Of a stretch of 64,000 bases of DNA, positions 47,860-63,123 are shown piece by piece. Source of the stretch: Syntrophales bacterium. Its GTDB lineage: Bacteria > Desulfobacterota > Syntrophia > Syntrophales > UBA6807. The notes beneath the pieces are model-generated. The model worked only from the letters and a program-made list of their open reading frames with translations. It ran no database searches and was not told where the DNA came from. A program made the translations under genes and the position numbers. The stretch is from positions 1 to 64,000 of the forward strand of contig JAXGPA010000005.1 in assembly GCA_040767195.1 (NCBI GenBank), written 5' to 3'. The number at the start of each line of letters is the position of its first letter. The stretch's first letter is position 1.

Positions 47860-48942
47860 ATGAAAGCGTATCTCGCACTGGAAGACGGCAGGATTTTCGA
47901 GGGTCTTTCCTTCGGCGCGGAAGGGGAGTGCTTCGGCGAAGCGGTGTTCAACACGAGCCTCACGGGGTACCAGGAAGTGCTCACGGATCCTTCCTACCGG
48001 GGGCAGATCGTCACGATGACCAATCCCCTCATCGGCAATTACGGGGTGAACCGCCAGGACGAGGAGTCCCGGAAGCTCTGGCTCAGCGGATTCGCCGTCC
48101 GCGAGTTGAGCCCCGTGGTCAGCAACTGGCGTTCCGAATCGGATCTCGACAGCTACCTGAAAAGCCACGGCGTTCTCGGCATCCAGGGAATCGACACCCG
48201 GGCGCTGACGAAGCACATCCGCCTGGCCGGCGCCATGAAGGCCATTCTCTCCACCGTCGATGGAGACCCGGTGACGCTGGTGGGAAAGGCCCGCCGTTCC
48301 CCCGGGCTGGTGGGACGAGATCTGGTGACGGAAGTCTCCTGTGAAAGGCCCTACGAGTACGCTCTTCGGAACGAGCGCACCGTGGTCGTCTTCGATTTCG
48401 GCGTGAAAAGGAGCATTCTCGATCAGCTCGCGGAAAGGAACTGTTCCGTCCTCGTCGTCCCGGCCCGGACGACGGCGGCGGAAGTTCTGAACCTGAAGCC
48501 CGACGGGGTTATCCTGTCCAACGGGCCGGGGGACCCGGCGGCCCTGGATTTCGCCGTGGAGGCGGTCCGGGGGATCCTGGCTGCGGAAACCGTACCCGTG
48601 TTCGGCATCTGTCTCGGCCAGCAACTTCTCGGCCTGGCTCTCGGCGGGCGGACCTACAAGCTGAAATTCGGGCACCACGGGGGAAACCATCCCGTCAAGG
48701 ATCTGGAGAACGACGTCATCGGGATCACCGTCCAGAATCACGGGTTCAATGTCGATGCCGCCACCCTTGATCCGGCGGACGTGGAAATCACCCACGTCAA
48801 CCTGAATGACGGAACGGTCGAGGGATTCCGGCACCGGAGACTCCCGGCCTTTTCCGTCCAGTTTCACCCCGAGGCCGGTCCGGGTCCCCACGACGGCCGC
48901 TGCCTTTTCGACCGGTTCGTGGGGATGATGGAAACCCCATGA
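47860..48942 (+). CDS. carA: Carbamoyl-phosphate synthase small subunit
   Basis: [37 protein letters not shown]. Confidence 0.96.
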   Translation: MKAYLALEDGRIFEGLSFGAEGECFGEAVFNTSLTGYQEVLTDPSYRGQIVTMTNPLIGNYGVNRQDEESRKLWLSGFAVRELSPVVSNWRSESDLDSYLKSHGVLGIQGIDTRALTKHIRLAGAMKAILSTVDGDPVTLVGKARRSPGLVGRDLVTEVSCERPYEYALRNERTVVVFDFGVKRSILDQLAERNCSVLVVPARTTAAEVLNLKPDGVILSNGPGDPAALDFAVEAVRGILAAETVPVFGICLGQQLLGLALGGRTYKLKFGHHGGNHPVKDLENDVIGITVQNHGFNVDAATLDPADVEITHVNLNDGTVEGFRHRRLPAFSVQFHPEAGPGPHDGRCLFDRFVGMMETP

Positions 48943-48961
48943 TGCCAAGGACAGAGGAAAG

Positions 48962-50500
<1,539 letters not shown>

Positions 50501-50516
50501 GAGAGGGGATCCGTTC

Positions 50517-53734
<3,218 letters not shown>

Positions 53735-53738
<4 letters not shown>

Positions 53739-54304
53739 AGATTCTCATCCGGGGCGGCAGCATCCCCGCCGGTCACGGCGTCACCCGGGGATACGGGGAC
53801 ACCCTTCGGGACGCCCTGGCCCCTCGAGGCATTACGGTCGTCAACCGTTCCCGGTTCGGAGAAACGTCCTTCGACGGGATCGGGACCTTCCGGGAGGAGG
53901 TTCTTCCCCTCCGGCCGGACATCCTCATCCTTCATTTCGGCATGGACGACGCCTTTTCCGCCGTCTACCGGTCCGAGTTCAAGGAAAACCTGGTGAACAT
54001 GGTCCGGGTCGCCCGGGAGGCCTTCGATCCCGCCATCTGGCTCCCCACGGGCCACATCCTCGACGATCCCTGGGACATGGACGCCGTGGCCATTTTCTAT
54101 CGGGCCATCCGGGAGGTGTCCCTGGACCTGTCCTGCCGGTTCATACCCCTTCACACGATCTGGGCGGGCGTTCTTCAGGAAAAGGGCCTCCTGAACGCCG
54201 GCCTCCTCCAGGCCGACCAGCGCTACCCCAACGAAAAAGGCCACGAAATCCTCGCGTCAATTTTATTGAGGGACGTCCTTAAAATTTCCAAATTTCACAA
54301 CTGA
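53735..54304 (+). CDS. SGNH/GDSL hydrolase-fold protein with divergent catalytic motifs
   Basis: Block pattern LIRGGSI / NRSRFGETS / LHFGMDD / [14 protein letters not shown] overlap with carB. Confidence 0.7.
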
Positions 54305-54326
54305 GGGACGTGCTTAAATTTTTCAA
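54270..54326. repeat. Two tandem 22-bp repeats, left flank of RAYT gene
   Basis: GGGACGTCCTTAAAATTTCCAA (54270-54291) and GGGACGTGCTTAAATTTTTCAA (54305-54326), 35-nt period. Confidence 0.8.
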
Positions 54327-54364
54327 TTGACAGTGAAGAAATGACCGTGGTATTGGCCTGAACC

Positions 54365-55375
54365 ATGCCGAGAACAGCCCGCTTGGACGCGCCCGGGGTG
54401 CTTCAGCATGTCATCATCCGGGGGATTGAGCGTCGAAAGATATTTCGTGATGACTGGGACAGGGATGATCTGATCAAGCGGATGGCCCTCCTTCTTCCCG
54501 AAACCCGAACGGCCTGCCTGGCTTGGGCTTTCATGCCCAATCATGCCCATTTTCTTCTCAGGACAGGCGACACGGGAATTTCCACTTTCATGGGACGGCT
54601 TCTTACGGGATACGTGGTGAAATTCAATCACCGGCACCGGCGGCAGGGTCCGCTCTTTCAGAACCGCTTCAGGTCCATCCTGTGTCAGGAGGATCTCTAT
54701 CTCAGGGAACTGGTCCGATATATTCACCTGAACCCCCTTCGGGGAAGAGTTGTTTCACATTTCAGGGAACTGGATCGCTATCCTTACAGCGGTCACAGCG
54801 TCCTCATGGGCATGGTGGAGCGGGAATGGCAGGACACAGAGGCCGTCCTCCTCGATTTCGGAGAAACGACGGACACCGGCCGGAAACGCTATCGGGCCTT
54901 CGTGGAAGAGGGGTTCACCAGGAAACCCGCCGCGAATCTCGCTGCGGGACAATGGGTACGGGGACGGGAAGGCTGGCGGACAAGAAACGGGAACAATGCC
55001 CATGATAGTGAAGACCCGGTGAAAGGGGGAGAGAGAATTCTCGGAGAGACCGACTTTGTCTCCAGCGTTCTTTCAATGGCCGATGAGAAATTCAACCGCC
55101 GGTGGGAACTCCGGAGACAGGGATACGATATCGCCAGGGTCGCCGAACGGGTGTCTGAAGTCCTCGCCGTGACGGCCGAAGACCTTTTTTCATCGCTGAG
55201 GCGGAAAGAGCTGGTGCGGGCCAGGAGCCTTCTTTGCTTTTGGGCCGTACGCGAACTGGGTGTTACTCTCACCCAGATGGCGTCTCTCCTGGGCCTCACG
55301 CCGTCCGCCGTTGGTTATGCCGTCAGCCGGGGGGAATCCCTGGCCAGGCAAGGGAAGTACGAACTTATACCCTGA
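54365..55375 (+). CDS. REP-associated tyrosine transposase (RAYT, Y1/HUH) with C-terminal helical DnaA-C-like/HTH domain
   Basis: MPR.AR, HVIIRGIERRKIF, MPNHAHFLL (HUH), LFQNRF.S, YIHLNP, YPYSG; C-terminal AR.L..FWAVRELG..L..MA..LG.T.SAV. Confidence 0.88.
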   Translation: MPRTARLDAPGVLQHVIIRGIERRKIFRDDWDRDDLIKRMALLLPETRTACLAWAFMPNHAHFLLRTGDTGISTFMGRLLTGYVVKFNHRHRRQGPLFQNRFRSILCQEDLYLRELVRYIHLNPLRGRVVSHFRELDRYPYSGHSVLMGMVEREWQDTEAVLLDFGETTDTGRKRYRAFVEEGFTRKPAANLAAGQWVRGREGWRTRNGNNAHDSEDPVKGGERILGETDFVSSVLSMADEKFNRRWELRRQGYDIARVAERVSEVLAVTAEDLFSSLRRKELVRARSLLCFWAVRELGVTLTQMASLLGLTPSAVGYAVSRGESLARQGKYELIP

Positions 55376-55379
55376 TGGA

Positions 55380-55401
55380 TTGAAATATTTAAGGACGTCC
55401 C
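55380..55401. repeat. Inverted 22-bp repeat, right flank of RAYT gene
   Basis: TTGAAATATTTAAGGACGTCCC; reverse complement matches left copy 2 at 20/22. Confidence 0.8.
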
Positions 55402-55406
55402 CATTA

Positions 55407-57203
55407 ATGGAGAATATAAGGAATTTCAGTATAATAGCTCATATTGACCATGGCAAGTCGACCTTGGCGGACCGGATGATCCAGATGGCCGGCCTCGTGG
55501 ATCAGCGGACCTTCAAGGACCAGATCCTGGACAACATGGACATCGAGCGGGAACGGGGCATCACCATCAAGAGCCAGGCCATTTCCCTGCCCTACCGGGC
55601 GAAGGACGGCCGGGAGTACACCCTGAACCTCATCGACACGCCGGGCCACGTGGATTTTTCCTACGAGGTGTCCCGGTCCCTGGCGTCCTGCGAGGGGGTC
55701 CTGCTCCTGGTGGACGCCGCCCAGGGCGTCCAGGCCCAGACGGTGGCCAACCTCTACATGGCCATGGAACACGACCTCGCCGTCATCCCCGTGATCAACA
55801 AGATCGACCTGCCAACGGCGGACATCGAGCGGGTCATGGAGCAGATCGACGGCGAGCTGGGCATCGACCCGTACAAGGCCATCCAGTGCTCCGCCAAGAC
55901 GGGAATCGGCATCGAGCCGATCTTCGAGGCCATCGTCGAGAAGATCCCGCCGCCCCGGGGCGACGCCGGCCTTCCCCTTTCGGCCCTCATCTTCGACGCC
56001 AAGTACGACCCCTTCCGGGGGACCATCGTCCACGTCCGGGTTTTCGACGGCCGGGTCCAGGGAGGTGACCTGATTCGGTTCATGCACAACGGAACGGTGT
56101 ACCGGGTCGAGGAGGTGGGCCAGTTCCTCCTGTCCCGGAGCCGCCGGGAAAGCCTCGAGGCAGGTGACGTGGGGTACATCATCGCCGGGGTGAAAACGGT
56201 GTCCGACGTCCACATCGGGGACACCGTCACCCTCGAGGAGAGACCCTGTCCCAAACCCCTCCCGGGCTTCCGGGAGGCCAAGCCCGTCGTCTTCGCCTCC
56301 ATCTATCCCATCTCGTCGGACGATTACGAGGAGCTCGTCATCGCCCTGGAAAAATACAAGCTCAACGACGCTTCCCTGGTGTACCAGAAGGATTCCTCGG
56401 TGGCCCTGGGGCAGGGCTTCCGGTGCGGCTTCCTGGGGCTTCTTCACCTGGACATCGTCCAGGAGCGCCTGGAGCGGGAGTTCGACCAGTCCATCATCCT
56501 GTCCGTGCCCAGCGTCCGGTACCGGTTCACCCTGAAATCGGGGCAGATCCTGGACATCGACAACCCGTCCCTCTATCCCGACCCCGGGCAGATAGAGAAG
56601 ACCGAGGAGCCTTACATCCGGGCGACCCTGATGTTCCCTGAAAAATATCTGGGGACAGTCATGAAGCTCTGCCTGGAAAAACGGGGTGTCAATTCCCGGA
56701 TTCACTATCCGAGCCCGGGCCGGACGGAGCTTTTCGTCGAAATGCCCCTGGCCGAGGTCATCTTCGATTTCTACGACCGCCTCAAGACGCTCACCCAGGG
56801 GTACGGGTCCTTCGACTACGAGCTCATCGACTACCGTCAAAGCGACCTTGTCCTTCTCGACATCCTCGTGAACGGGGAGAAGGTGGACGCCCTGTCCCAG
56901 ATTGTGCACCGGGAACGGGCCCGGCAGCGGGGGCTCCACGCCTGCGAAAGGCTGAAGGACGAGATACCGAGGCAGATGTTCAAGATCGCCATCCAGGGGG
57001 CCATCGGGGGACAGATCGTCTCCCGGACCACCATCTCCCCCTTCCGGAAGGACGTGACGGCCAAGTGTTACGGCGGGGACATCACCCGGAAGCGGAAGCT
57101 CCTGGAAAAGCAGAAAAAAGGGAAGAAGCGGATGAAGATGGTCGGTGCCGTCTCCATTCCCCAGAGCGCCTTCATCGCCGTCCTGAAATCGGACACGGAT
57201 TGA
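55407..57203 (+). CDS. lepA: Elongation factor 4 (LepA)
   Basis: MENIRNFSIIAHIDHGKSTLADR, ERGITIK, DTPGHVDF, NKID, RKDVTAKCYGGDITRKRKLLEKQK. Confidence 0.97.
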   Translation: MENIRNFSIIAHIDHGKSTLADRMIQMAGLVDQRTFKDQILDNMDIERERGITIKSQAISLPYRAKDGREYTLNLIDTPGHVDFSYEVSRSLASCEGVLLLVDAAQGVQAQTVANLYMAMEHDLAVIPVINKIDLPTADIERVMEQIDGELGIDPYKAIQCSAKTGIGIEPIFEAIVEKIPPPRGDAGLPLSALIFDAKYDPFRGTIVHVRVFDGRVQGGDLIRFMHNGTVYRVEEVGQFLLSRSRRESLEAGDVGYIIAGVKTVSDVHIGDTVTLEERPCPKPLPGFREAKPVVFASIYPISSDDYEELVIALEKYKLNDASLVYQKDSSVALGQGFRCGFLGLLHLDIVQERLEREFDQSIILSVPSVRYRFTLKSGQILDIDNPSLYPDPGQIEKTEEPYIRATLMFPEKYLGTVMKLCLEKRGVNSRIHYPSPGRTELFVEMPLAEVIFDFYDRLKTLTQGYGSFDYELIDYRQSDLVLLDILVNGEKVDALSQIVHRERARQRGLHACERLKDEIPRQMFKIAIQGAIGGQIVSRTTISPFRKDVTAKCYGGDITRKRKLLEKQKKGKKRMKMVGAVSIPQSAFIAVLKSDTD

Positions 57204-57204
57204 C

Positions 57205-58356
57205 GTGAAAGCCCCCTTCTCCCGCCCCGGGAATCTCCCGGGGCTTTACATTCACGTTCCTTTCTGCCTTTCCAAGTGCCCCTACTGTCATTTTTTCTCC
57301 CTTTCCCCCTTCCGGTCCGAGGATGTGGAAGCGTATCTTACGGCTCTCTTCCGGGAAATGGATCTCTACCGTTCCTTCTCCTCCTCCTTCGACACGGTTT
57401 ACATGGGCGGCGGGACGCCGTCCGTCCTGACCGTTTCCCAGATGGAAAGACTTGTCGACGGTGTGAGGGGAAGATTTGTCATCGATCCGTCCGCCGAGTG
57501 GACCCTGGAAGCGAACCCCGGTGACGGCGATGTGACGTTGCTCAGAGCCTGCCAGGAGCTCGGAATCAACCGGGTCAACGTGGGCGTCCAGTCTTTTGAC
57601 GACGGCACCCTGGCCTTTCTCGGGAGAAGGCACACCGCCCGGGAAGCCGCGGGGGCCCTGGAAGCCTGCCGCCTGGCCGGTTTCGCCAACCTGGGGGTCG
57701 ATCTCATCTATGGCGTTCCCGGCCAGGAAGAGGGCGCATGGATGGAAACCCTTGAGGAGGCCCTGAAATTCGGCCCGGAACACCTGTCCTGCTACGAGCT
57801 GACCGTCGAGCCGGGGACGCCCTTCCACGTCCTGAGACAGAGAGGGGACCTGCTTCCTTTTCCCGAAGACCGGTCCTTCCGCTTTTTCATGGAAACGTCG
57901 GAATACCTGGAGAAAAAGGGATACGAGCACTACGAGGTGTCCAACTTCGCCCGGACGGCCCGCTTCCGGTCGCGCCACAACGGCAAGTACTGGAACCACA
58001 CCCCCTGCCTGGGGCTGGGGCCTTCCGCCCACTCCTTTCTCGACGGCGTCCGGTGGTGGAACGGGGAAAGCCTGGAAGATTACGTCCTCGCCCTGGGGAA
58101 GGGAAAGAAGCCCGTCGCGGCGGCGGAGCGGCTTTCCGAAGAGGACCTTCGCCTCGAGGCCCTGTTTCTCCGGTTCCGGACCCGTGACGGCGTTCACCTG
58201 GCCGAGTTCAAGACCTTCTACGGCGTGGACCTCCTGTCGGAAAAAGGGGACATCATTTCAAAGCTGGTCCATGAGGGGATTCTCCGGCGCGATGGGGATT
58301 TCCTCCGGCCCACCCGAAAGGGCCTGGCCGTGGCGGACCGCCTCGCCCTGATATGA
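57205..58356 (+). CDS. hemW: Radical SAM heme chaperone HemW (HemN-like)
   Basis: LYIHVPFCLSKCPYC, GGGTPS, EANP, YEVSNF, HNGKYW; follows lepA. Confidence 0.88.
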   Translation: MKAPFSRPGNLPGLYIHVPFCLSKCPYCHFFSLSPFRSEDVEAYLTALFREMDLYRSFSSSFDTVYMGGGTPSVLTVSQMERLVDGVRGRFVIDPSAEWTLEANPGDGDVTLLRACQELGINRVNVGVQSFDDGTLAFLGRRHTAREAAGALEACRLAGFANLGVDLIYGVPGQEEGAWMETLEEALKFGPEHLSCYELTVEPGTPFHVLRQRGDLLPFPEDRSFRFFMETSEYLEKKGYEHYEVSNFARTARFRSRHNGKYWNHTPCLGLGPSAHSFLDGVRWWNGESLEDYVLALGKGKKPVAAAERLSEEDLRLEALFLRFRTRDGVHLAEFKTFYGVDLLSEKGDIISKLVHEGILRRDGDFLRPTRKGLAVADRLALI

Positions 58357-58482
58357 CGGGACGGACCGGCCTGGCGTCCTTTGGCGGCACCGGCGAAAAG
58401 GGGGCAACTTTTATTCCCCCGGGAGAAAAATCTGTGATAACGTGCCCCCCTGAAACCACCCTTCTCCAGTGAAGAGGGCGTC

Positions 58483-59109
58483 ATGACCCGGTACAGCCTG
58501 GCCGAAGAAATCGTCAACAGCCTCACCCATGGCATCGGAACGGTGCTGAGCATCGCCGGCCTGGCTGTTCTCGTCGTCTATGCCCTGATTTACGGCAACG
58601 CCTGGCACGTGGTCAGCTTTTCCGTTTTCGGGGGCACCCTGATTTTTCTCTACGGGACGTCGACGCTCTATCACGGTATTTCCCGGCCGGAGATCAAGAA
58701 ATGGTTCCGGAAGCTCGACCATTCGGCGATTTTTCTCCTCATCGCGGGCACCTATACGCCCTTCACACTGGTCACGCTGCGGGGGGCCTGGGGCTGGACC
58801 ATTTTCGGGATTATCTGGGGACTTGCCTTTACGGGGATCATCCTGGAGTTCACGAAGATATCCCGGCTTCGCAAACTGTCCATCGCCATTTACATCTTCA
58901 TGGGGTGGCTTTGCATCGTCGCCCTGAAGAAGATCCTGGACAGCCTGACGCCCTCCGGGTTCGCCTTTCTCCTGGCGGGCGGCCTGTTCTACACCTCCGG
59001 GGTGGTGTTCTACCTGTGGCGGAAGATCCCTTACAACCACGGCATATGGCACGTCTTCGTCCTTCTGGGAAGCACCTTTCATTATTTTTCCGTATTGACC
59101 ATGATATGA
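58483..59109 (+). CDS. trhA: Hemolysin III / PAQR-family membrane protein
   Basis: EEIVNSLTHG, STLYH, DHSAIFLLIAGTYTP, HGIWHVFV. Confidence 0.9.
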   Translation: MTRYSLAEEIVNSLTHGIGTVLSIAGLAVLVVYALIYGNAWHVVSFSVFGGTLIFLYGTSTLYHGISRPEIKKWFRKLDHSAIFLLIAGTYTPFTLVTLRGAWGWTIFGIIWGLAFTGIILEFTKISRLRKLSIAIYIFMGWLCIVALKKILDSLTPSGFAFLLAGGLFYTSGVVFYLWRKIPYNHGIWHVFVLLGSTFHYFSVLTMI

Positions 59110-59705
59110 AAAAAACCGTTTTCGACACGTCCATAATCACCGTTCCCCTGCACATCCTGTCCTCGGGGATCTTAAAAATCCTGGGCTGGCGCCGTGAAGG
59201 CCGCCTGCCCGATTTCGGGAAATTCATCCTCATCGGCGCCCCCCACACGTCGAACTGGGATTTCCCCCTCGTCCTGGCCTACGCCTTTTCCTACCGGATT
59301 AAAGTGTTCTGGCTGGGAAAGGAATCCCTCTTCCGAAACAGGGTCCTGGGGCGGCTTTTCCAGTGGTTCGGAGGGATCCCCGTGGACCGCGTGAAATCCC
59401 AGGATGCCGTTTCGCGGACCGTCGAGATCTTCAACGCCGTCGAAAAGCTCGTCCTGGTCATTTCCCCCGAGGGAACCCGGAAGAAAGTGAAGAAATGGCG
59501 GACGGGCTTCTATCACATCGCCCGGGGGGCCCGCATCCCCGTCGTCCTCGGTTTTCTCGATTACCGGCGGAAGGCCGGCGGGCTCGGCCCCGTTCTGTTT
59601 CCCTCGGGAAACCTCGGCGCCGACATGGAAAAGATCCGGGCCTTCTATGCCACGGTTACGGGAAAACGACCGGAGCTGGCGAGTCCGGCGGGGTGTCTTC
59701 CGTGA
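59106..59705 (+). CDS. PlsC-family lysophospholipid acyltransferase
   Basis: APHTSNWD, GGIPVDR, SPEGTR, GFYHIA; ATGA overlap with the upstream gene. Confidence 0.9.
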   Translation: MKKTVFDTSIITVPLHILSSGILKILGWRREGRLPDFGKFILIGAPHTSNWDFPLVLAYAFSYRIKVFWLGKESLFRNRVLGRLFQWFGGIPVDRVKSQDAVSRTVEIFNAVEKLVLVISPEGTRKKVKKWRTGFYHIARGARIPVVLGFLDYRRKAGGLGPVLFPSGNLGADMEKIRAFYATVTGKRPELASPAGCLP

Positions 59706-59721
59706 CGTGTCCGCACCCGGG

Positions 59722-60441
59722 CTAGATGCGGGCGAGGAAGCTTTTCGTCCGGTGATGCTGCGGGTTGGAGAAGAGTTCCGCGGGGGTGTTTTCCTCGACG
59801 ATGAGTCCCTCGTCCATGAAGATGACCCGGTCGGCGACCTCCCGGGCGAAGTTCATCTCGTGGGTCACCACGATCATGGTCATGCCCTCCCGGGCGAGGT
59901 CCTTCATGACATCGAGGACTTCACCGATGAGCTCGGGGTCCAGGGCGCTCGTCGGTTCGTCAAAGAGGATGCATTTCGGTTTCAGGGCCAGCGAACGGGC
60001 GATGGCCACCCGCTGCTTCTGACCGCCGCTGATGTTGTCGGGATAGACGTGGGCCTTGTCCTTGAGCCCCACCTTCTCGAGGAGATCCATGCCCAGTTTT
60101 TCCGCGTCCTTTTTCTCCATTTTCCTGACCTTGAGAGGGCCGAGGGTCACGTTGCGGAGCACCGTCATGTGGGGGAAGAGGTTGAAAAGCTGGAAGACCA
60201 TGCCCGTTTCCGCCCGGACGTAGTTGAGGTCGGTGTGCTTGTCGGTGACGTCGAAGCCGTCCACGACGACCGTGCCGGAGGTGATTTCCTCCAGGACGTT
60301 GATGCACCGCAGAAGGGTGCTTTTCCCCGAGCCGCTCGGTCCGATGATGACGACGACCTCCCCCGGCTTGACGTGGAGGTTGACGCCCCTGAGGACTTCC
60401 AGGCTCCCGAAATTTTTCCTGAGGCTCGTTATCCGGATCAT
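59722..60441 (-). CDS. glnQ: Polar amino acid ABC transporter ATP-binding protein
   Basis: [42 protein letters not shown]. Confidence 0.92.
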   Translation of the reverse strand: MIRITSLRKNFGSLEVLRGVNLHVKPGEVVVIIGPSGSGKSTLLRCINVLEEITSGTVVVDGFDVTDKHTDLNYVRAETGMVFQLFNLFPHMTVLRNVTLGPLKVRKMEKKDAEKLGMDLLEKVGLKDKAHVYPDNISGGQKQRVAIARSLALKPKCILFDEPTSALDPELIGEVLDVMKDLAREGMTMIVVTHEMNFAREVADRVIFMDEGLIVEENTPAELFSNPQHHRTKSFLARI

Positions 60442-61109
60442 TTGATAATATTCAGTCTTCTCTCGAAATATTGCAGAAGCTTGGCGATACTCATGGTCAG
60501 GACGAAGTACATGATCGCCACGGTGAGCCAGACCTCGAAAGCCCGGAAATTCGTGGCGATGATTTCCTGGCCCTGGCGGGTCAGTTCCCCCACGCCGATG
60601 ACGACGAGGAGAGAGGTGTCCTTCAGGCTGATGATGAACTGGTTGCCCAGGGGAGGGATCATGCGCATGAAGGCCTGGGGCCAGATGACGTAAAGCAGCG
60701 TCTGCAGGTGGGAAAGCCCGATGGACCGGCCCGCCTCCGTCTGCCCCCGGTCTATGGACTGAATGGCTCCCCGAACGATTTCGGCGATGTAGGCCCCTGA
60801 GTTCAGGCCGATGGCGATGATTCCCGCCGCCAGGGGCGGGACTCGGAAGCCGACGGCCAGGGGAAGCCCGAAATAGAGAAAGAGGACCTGCACCATGAGA
60901 GGCGTTCCGCGGATGCTTTCGATGTAGACGCCGGCGAGCCGGTTCAGGATTTTCTTTTTCGACGATTTCGCGAGGCCCGCGAGGGTTCCGAAGGTAAATC
61001 CCAGGATGAGGCCGAAGACGGTGATGAAAATGGTCAGCTTGATGCCGACGAGGAGAATGGGGACGGATTCCCAGATAACGCTGTATTTGAATTGAAACTG
61101 GCCTCCCAT
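60438..61109 (-). CDS. glnP: Polar amino acid ABC transporter permease
   Basis: [31 protein letters not shown]. Confidence 0.9.
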   Translation of the reverse strand: MGGQFQFKYSVIWESVPILLVGIKLTIFITVFGLILGFTFGTLAGLAKSSKKKILNRLAGVYIESIRGTPLMVQVLFLYFGLPLAVGFRVPPLAAGIIAIGLNSGAYIAEIVRGAIQSIDRGQTEAGRSIGLSHLQTLLYVIWPQAFMRMIPPLGNQFIISLKDTSLLVVIGVGELTRQGQEIIATNFRAFEVWLTVAIMYFVLTMSIAKLLQYFERRLNIIK

Positions 61110-61195
61110 GAGATCCTTTTTCAAGGGGGAGGCGGCGAACCCGGTGCGCCCGCCGCCTCCCCGGTTGTCTGCTGCCGTTCAGAGGGTGATGGAAA

Positions 61196-61933
61196 TTACT
61201 TGGGGTCGGAACCGAACCACTTACGGTAGATGTTCTTGTACACGTCCCCTTCCATGAATTTGAGGATGGTCACGGAAACCTTGTCCCGCAGGGGGCTGCC
61301 CTGGGGGAACGCGATCCCGTAAGGCTGACCCTGGTAGAGGGGCCCCACCGTCTTGACCTTGCCCTGTCCTTCCGTCTTGATGTAGTAGAGGATGGCCGGC
61401 GAATCGAAGATGACCGCGTCGGCCCCGCCCGCCTGGAGCTCCAGGTAGGCCCCGTCGATGTTGGGATAGAGCTTCACTTCCTTCGTCTTCAGGCTTTTCG
61501 CGAAGTCGGCGCTCGTCGTTCCCAGCTTGGTCGCCACGGTCTTGTTTCCCAAGTCTTCCACGCTCTTGATGTCTTTTTCACCGGCGCCGACCATGAGGAG
61601 GAGGCCCGACTGGTAATAGGGATAGGCGAAGTCGACCACTTCCTCCCTCTTGGATTTGATGGTCATGCCGGCGATGGCGACGTCGATGTTGCCCGTCTGG
61701 AGGGCCGGGATGAGGCCGTTGAAGTCCATGGGCAGGAGCTTGTATTTCAGGCCCAGGTCCTTGGCGATGGCGTCCCACAGATCGATGTCGAACCCGACGT
61801 ACTTGTCCCCCTGCTTGAATTCAAAGGGCATGAAATTGGTGTCGCAACCCACGATGAGTACCTTGTCCTCCGCCAGGGCCGTGCCGGTCATGACGAAAGC
61901 CACCATGATGAGTGCCGCAATCAGCTTCTTCAT
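61196..61933 (-). CDS. glnH: Periplasmic amino acid-binding protein (GlnH-like)
   Basis: Signal peptide, [21 protein letters not shown]...R, YYQSG, YGIAFP.GS. Confidence 0.85.
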   Translation of the reverse strand: MKKLIAALIMVAFVMTGTALAEDKVLIVGCDTNFMPFEFKQGDKYVGFDIDLWDAIAKDLGLKYKLLPMDFNGLIPALQTGNIDVAIAGMTIKSKREEVVDFAYPYYQSGLLLMVGAGEKDIKSVEDLGNKTVATKLGTTSADFAKSLKTKEVKLYPNIDGAYLELQAGGADAVIFDSPAILYYIKTEGQGKVKTVGPLYQGQPYGIAFPQGSPLRDKVSVTILKFMEGDVYKNIYRKWFGSDPK

Positions 61934-62049
61934 TCCTACCTCCCCTTGTTCTTTTTACCGCCTCCCGCGGAATGCCGAAACGCGTGGCGCCGGCCGCGGG
62001 AAACGGGAGAAAACGTCCGCTCCCCTTCGACGAAGGGGAATCCGTTTCC

Positions 62050-63123
62050 CTATTCGGGAATGTTCGGTATCTTCGTGTACAGGCCCTGGTAGTTCTTCAG
62101 GGTGTACTCGGTGTCCGTCTTGCCCATGATGTAGTAGTCGGGCATGAGGGGGATCTTGCCGATGTTCGTGGCGATGACGTACATGGGCTGGGCGAGGCCG
62201 GTGGTGAAGCCCCGGATCCCGTCCCGGATGAGCTCGGCCCCTTTTTCCACGGGCGTCCGGAAATGATCGATCCCCGGCGCCGGTTCGCAGTAGAAAACGT
62301 AGTATGGGCGAACCCGGATGGAAAGGAGTTTCTGGTGAAGCTCCCGGAAGGTTTCTACGTCGTCGTTGATGCCCTTGAGGAGGACCGCCTGGTTCCCCAC
62401 GTTGACGCCGCAGGTGAGCAGATCGTACACGGCCCGGGCTGATTTTTCCGTGATTTCCTTGGGATGGTTGAACTGGGTGTTGATCCAGATGGGGACCCGG
62501 TGATAGCCGCTCAGAATTTTTTTCAGTCCGCCGGTGATCCGGTCGGGAAGGACCACGGGGGTTCTCGTTCCGAAGCGGATCATTTCGATGTGGGGGATCT
62601 CCCTGAGGCGGTCGATGACGTAGCCGATCCTCTCGTCGGGAAGGATGAAGGGGTCTCCGCCGGTGATGAGCACATCCCGGATCTCCGAATGTTCCCGGAT
62701 CCACTGGAGGCCTTCCTCCCAGTCGAACCGAAGCTGAAGATCGCGGTCCACGACGAGTTCCTTCCTGAAGCAGTGGCGGCAGTAATTGGCGCACGTGTCG
62801 GTGACGGTGAAGGCCACCCGGTCGTGATACTGGCGGGCGATGCAGTCGGGGCGGATCTCGTCGGTGGCGCGGTTTTCCTTCCAGACGAGATAATTGGGCA
62901 TCCCAAAGCGGTTTTCCTTTTCCTTCAGGGAGGGGATCACCTGTCTCCGCACCGGGCAGGCGGGGTCGCGGGGGTCCATGAGGGAGGCGAAGTAGGGTGT
63001 CGTTCCCCACTTGGTTTTCAACGTCCCGATGGCGGCCTCTTCCTCGGGGGTGACCTCTATGAACGCCCTCAGCTTTTCCAGGGTGTTCACCATGTTCCGC
63101 AGTTCGAAGACCCATGTCTCCAT
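62050..63123 (-). CDS. KamA-family radical SAM/PLP aminomutase homolog
   Basis: YHDRV, CANYCRHCFR, ITGGDP, IRFGTR.PV, QFNHPKE, NQAVLLKGIND, PYY, HFRTP, GKIP; ATG 63123 with AAGGAG RBS. Confidence 0.9.
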   Translation of the reverse strand: METWVFELRNMVNTLEKLRAFIEVTPEEEAAIGTLKTKWGTTPYFASLMDPRDPACPVRRQVIPSLKEKENRFGMPNYLVWKENRATDEIRPDCIARQYHDRVAFTVTDTCANYCRHCFRKELVVDRDLQLRFDWEEGLQWIREHSEIRDVLITGGDPFILPDERIGYVIDRLREIPHIEMIRFGTRTPVVLPDRITGGLKKILSGYHRVPIWINTQFNHPKEITEKSARAVYDLLTCGVNVGNQAVLLKGINDDVETFRELHQKLLSIRVRPYYVFYCEPAPGIDHFRTPVEKGAELIRDGIRGFTTGLAQPMYVIATNIGKIPLMPDYYIMGKTDTEYTLKNYQGLYTKIPNIPE

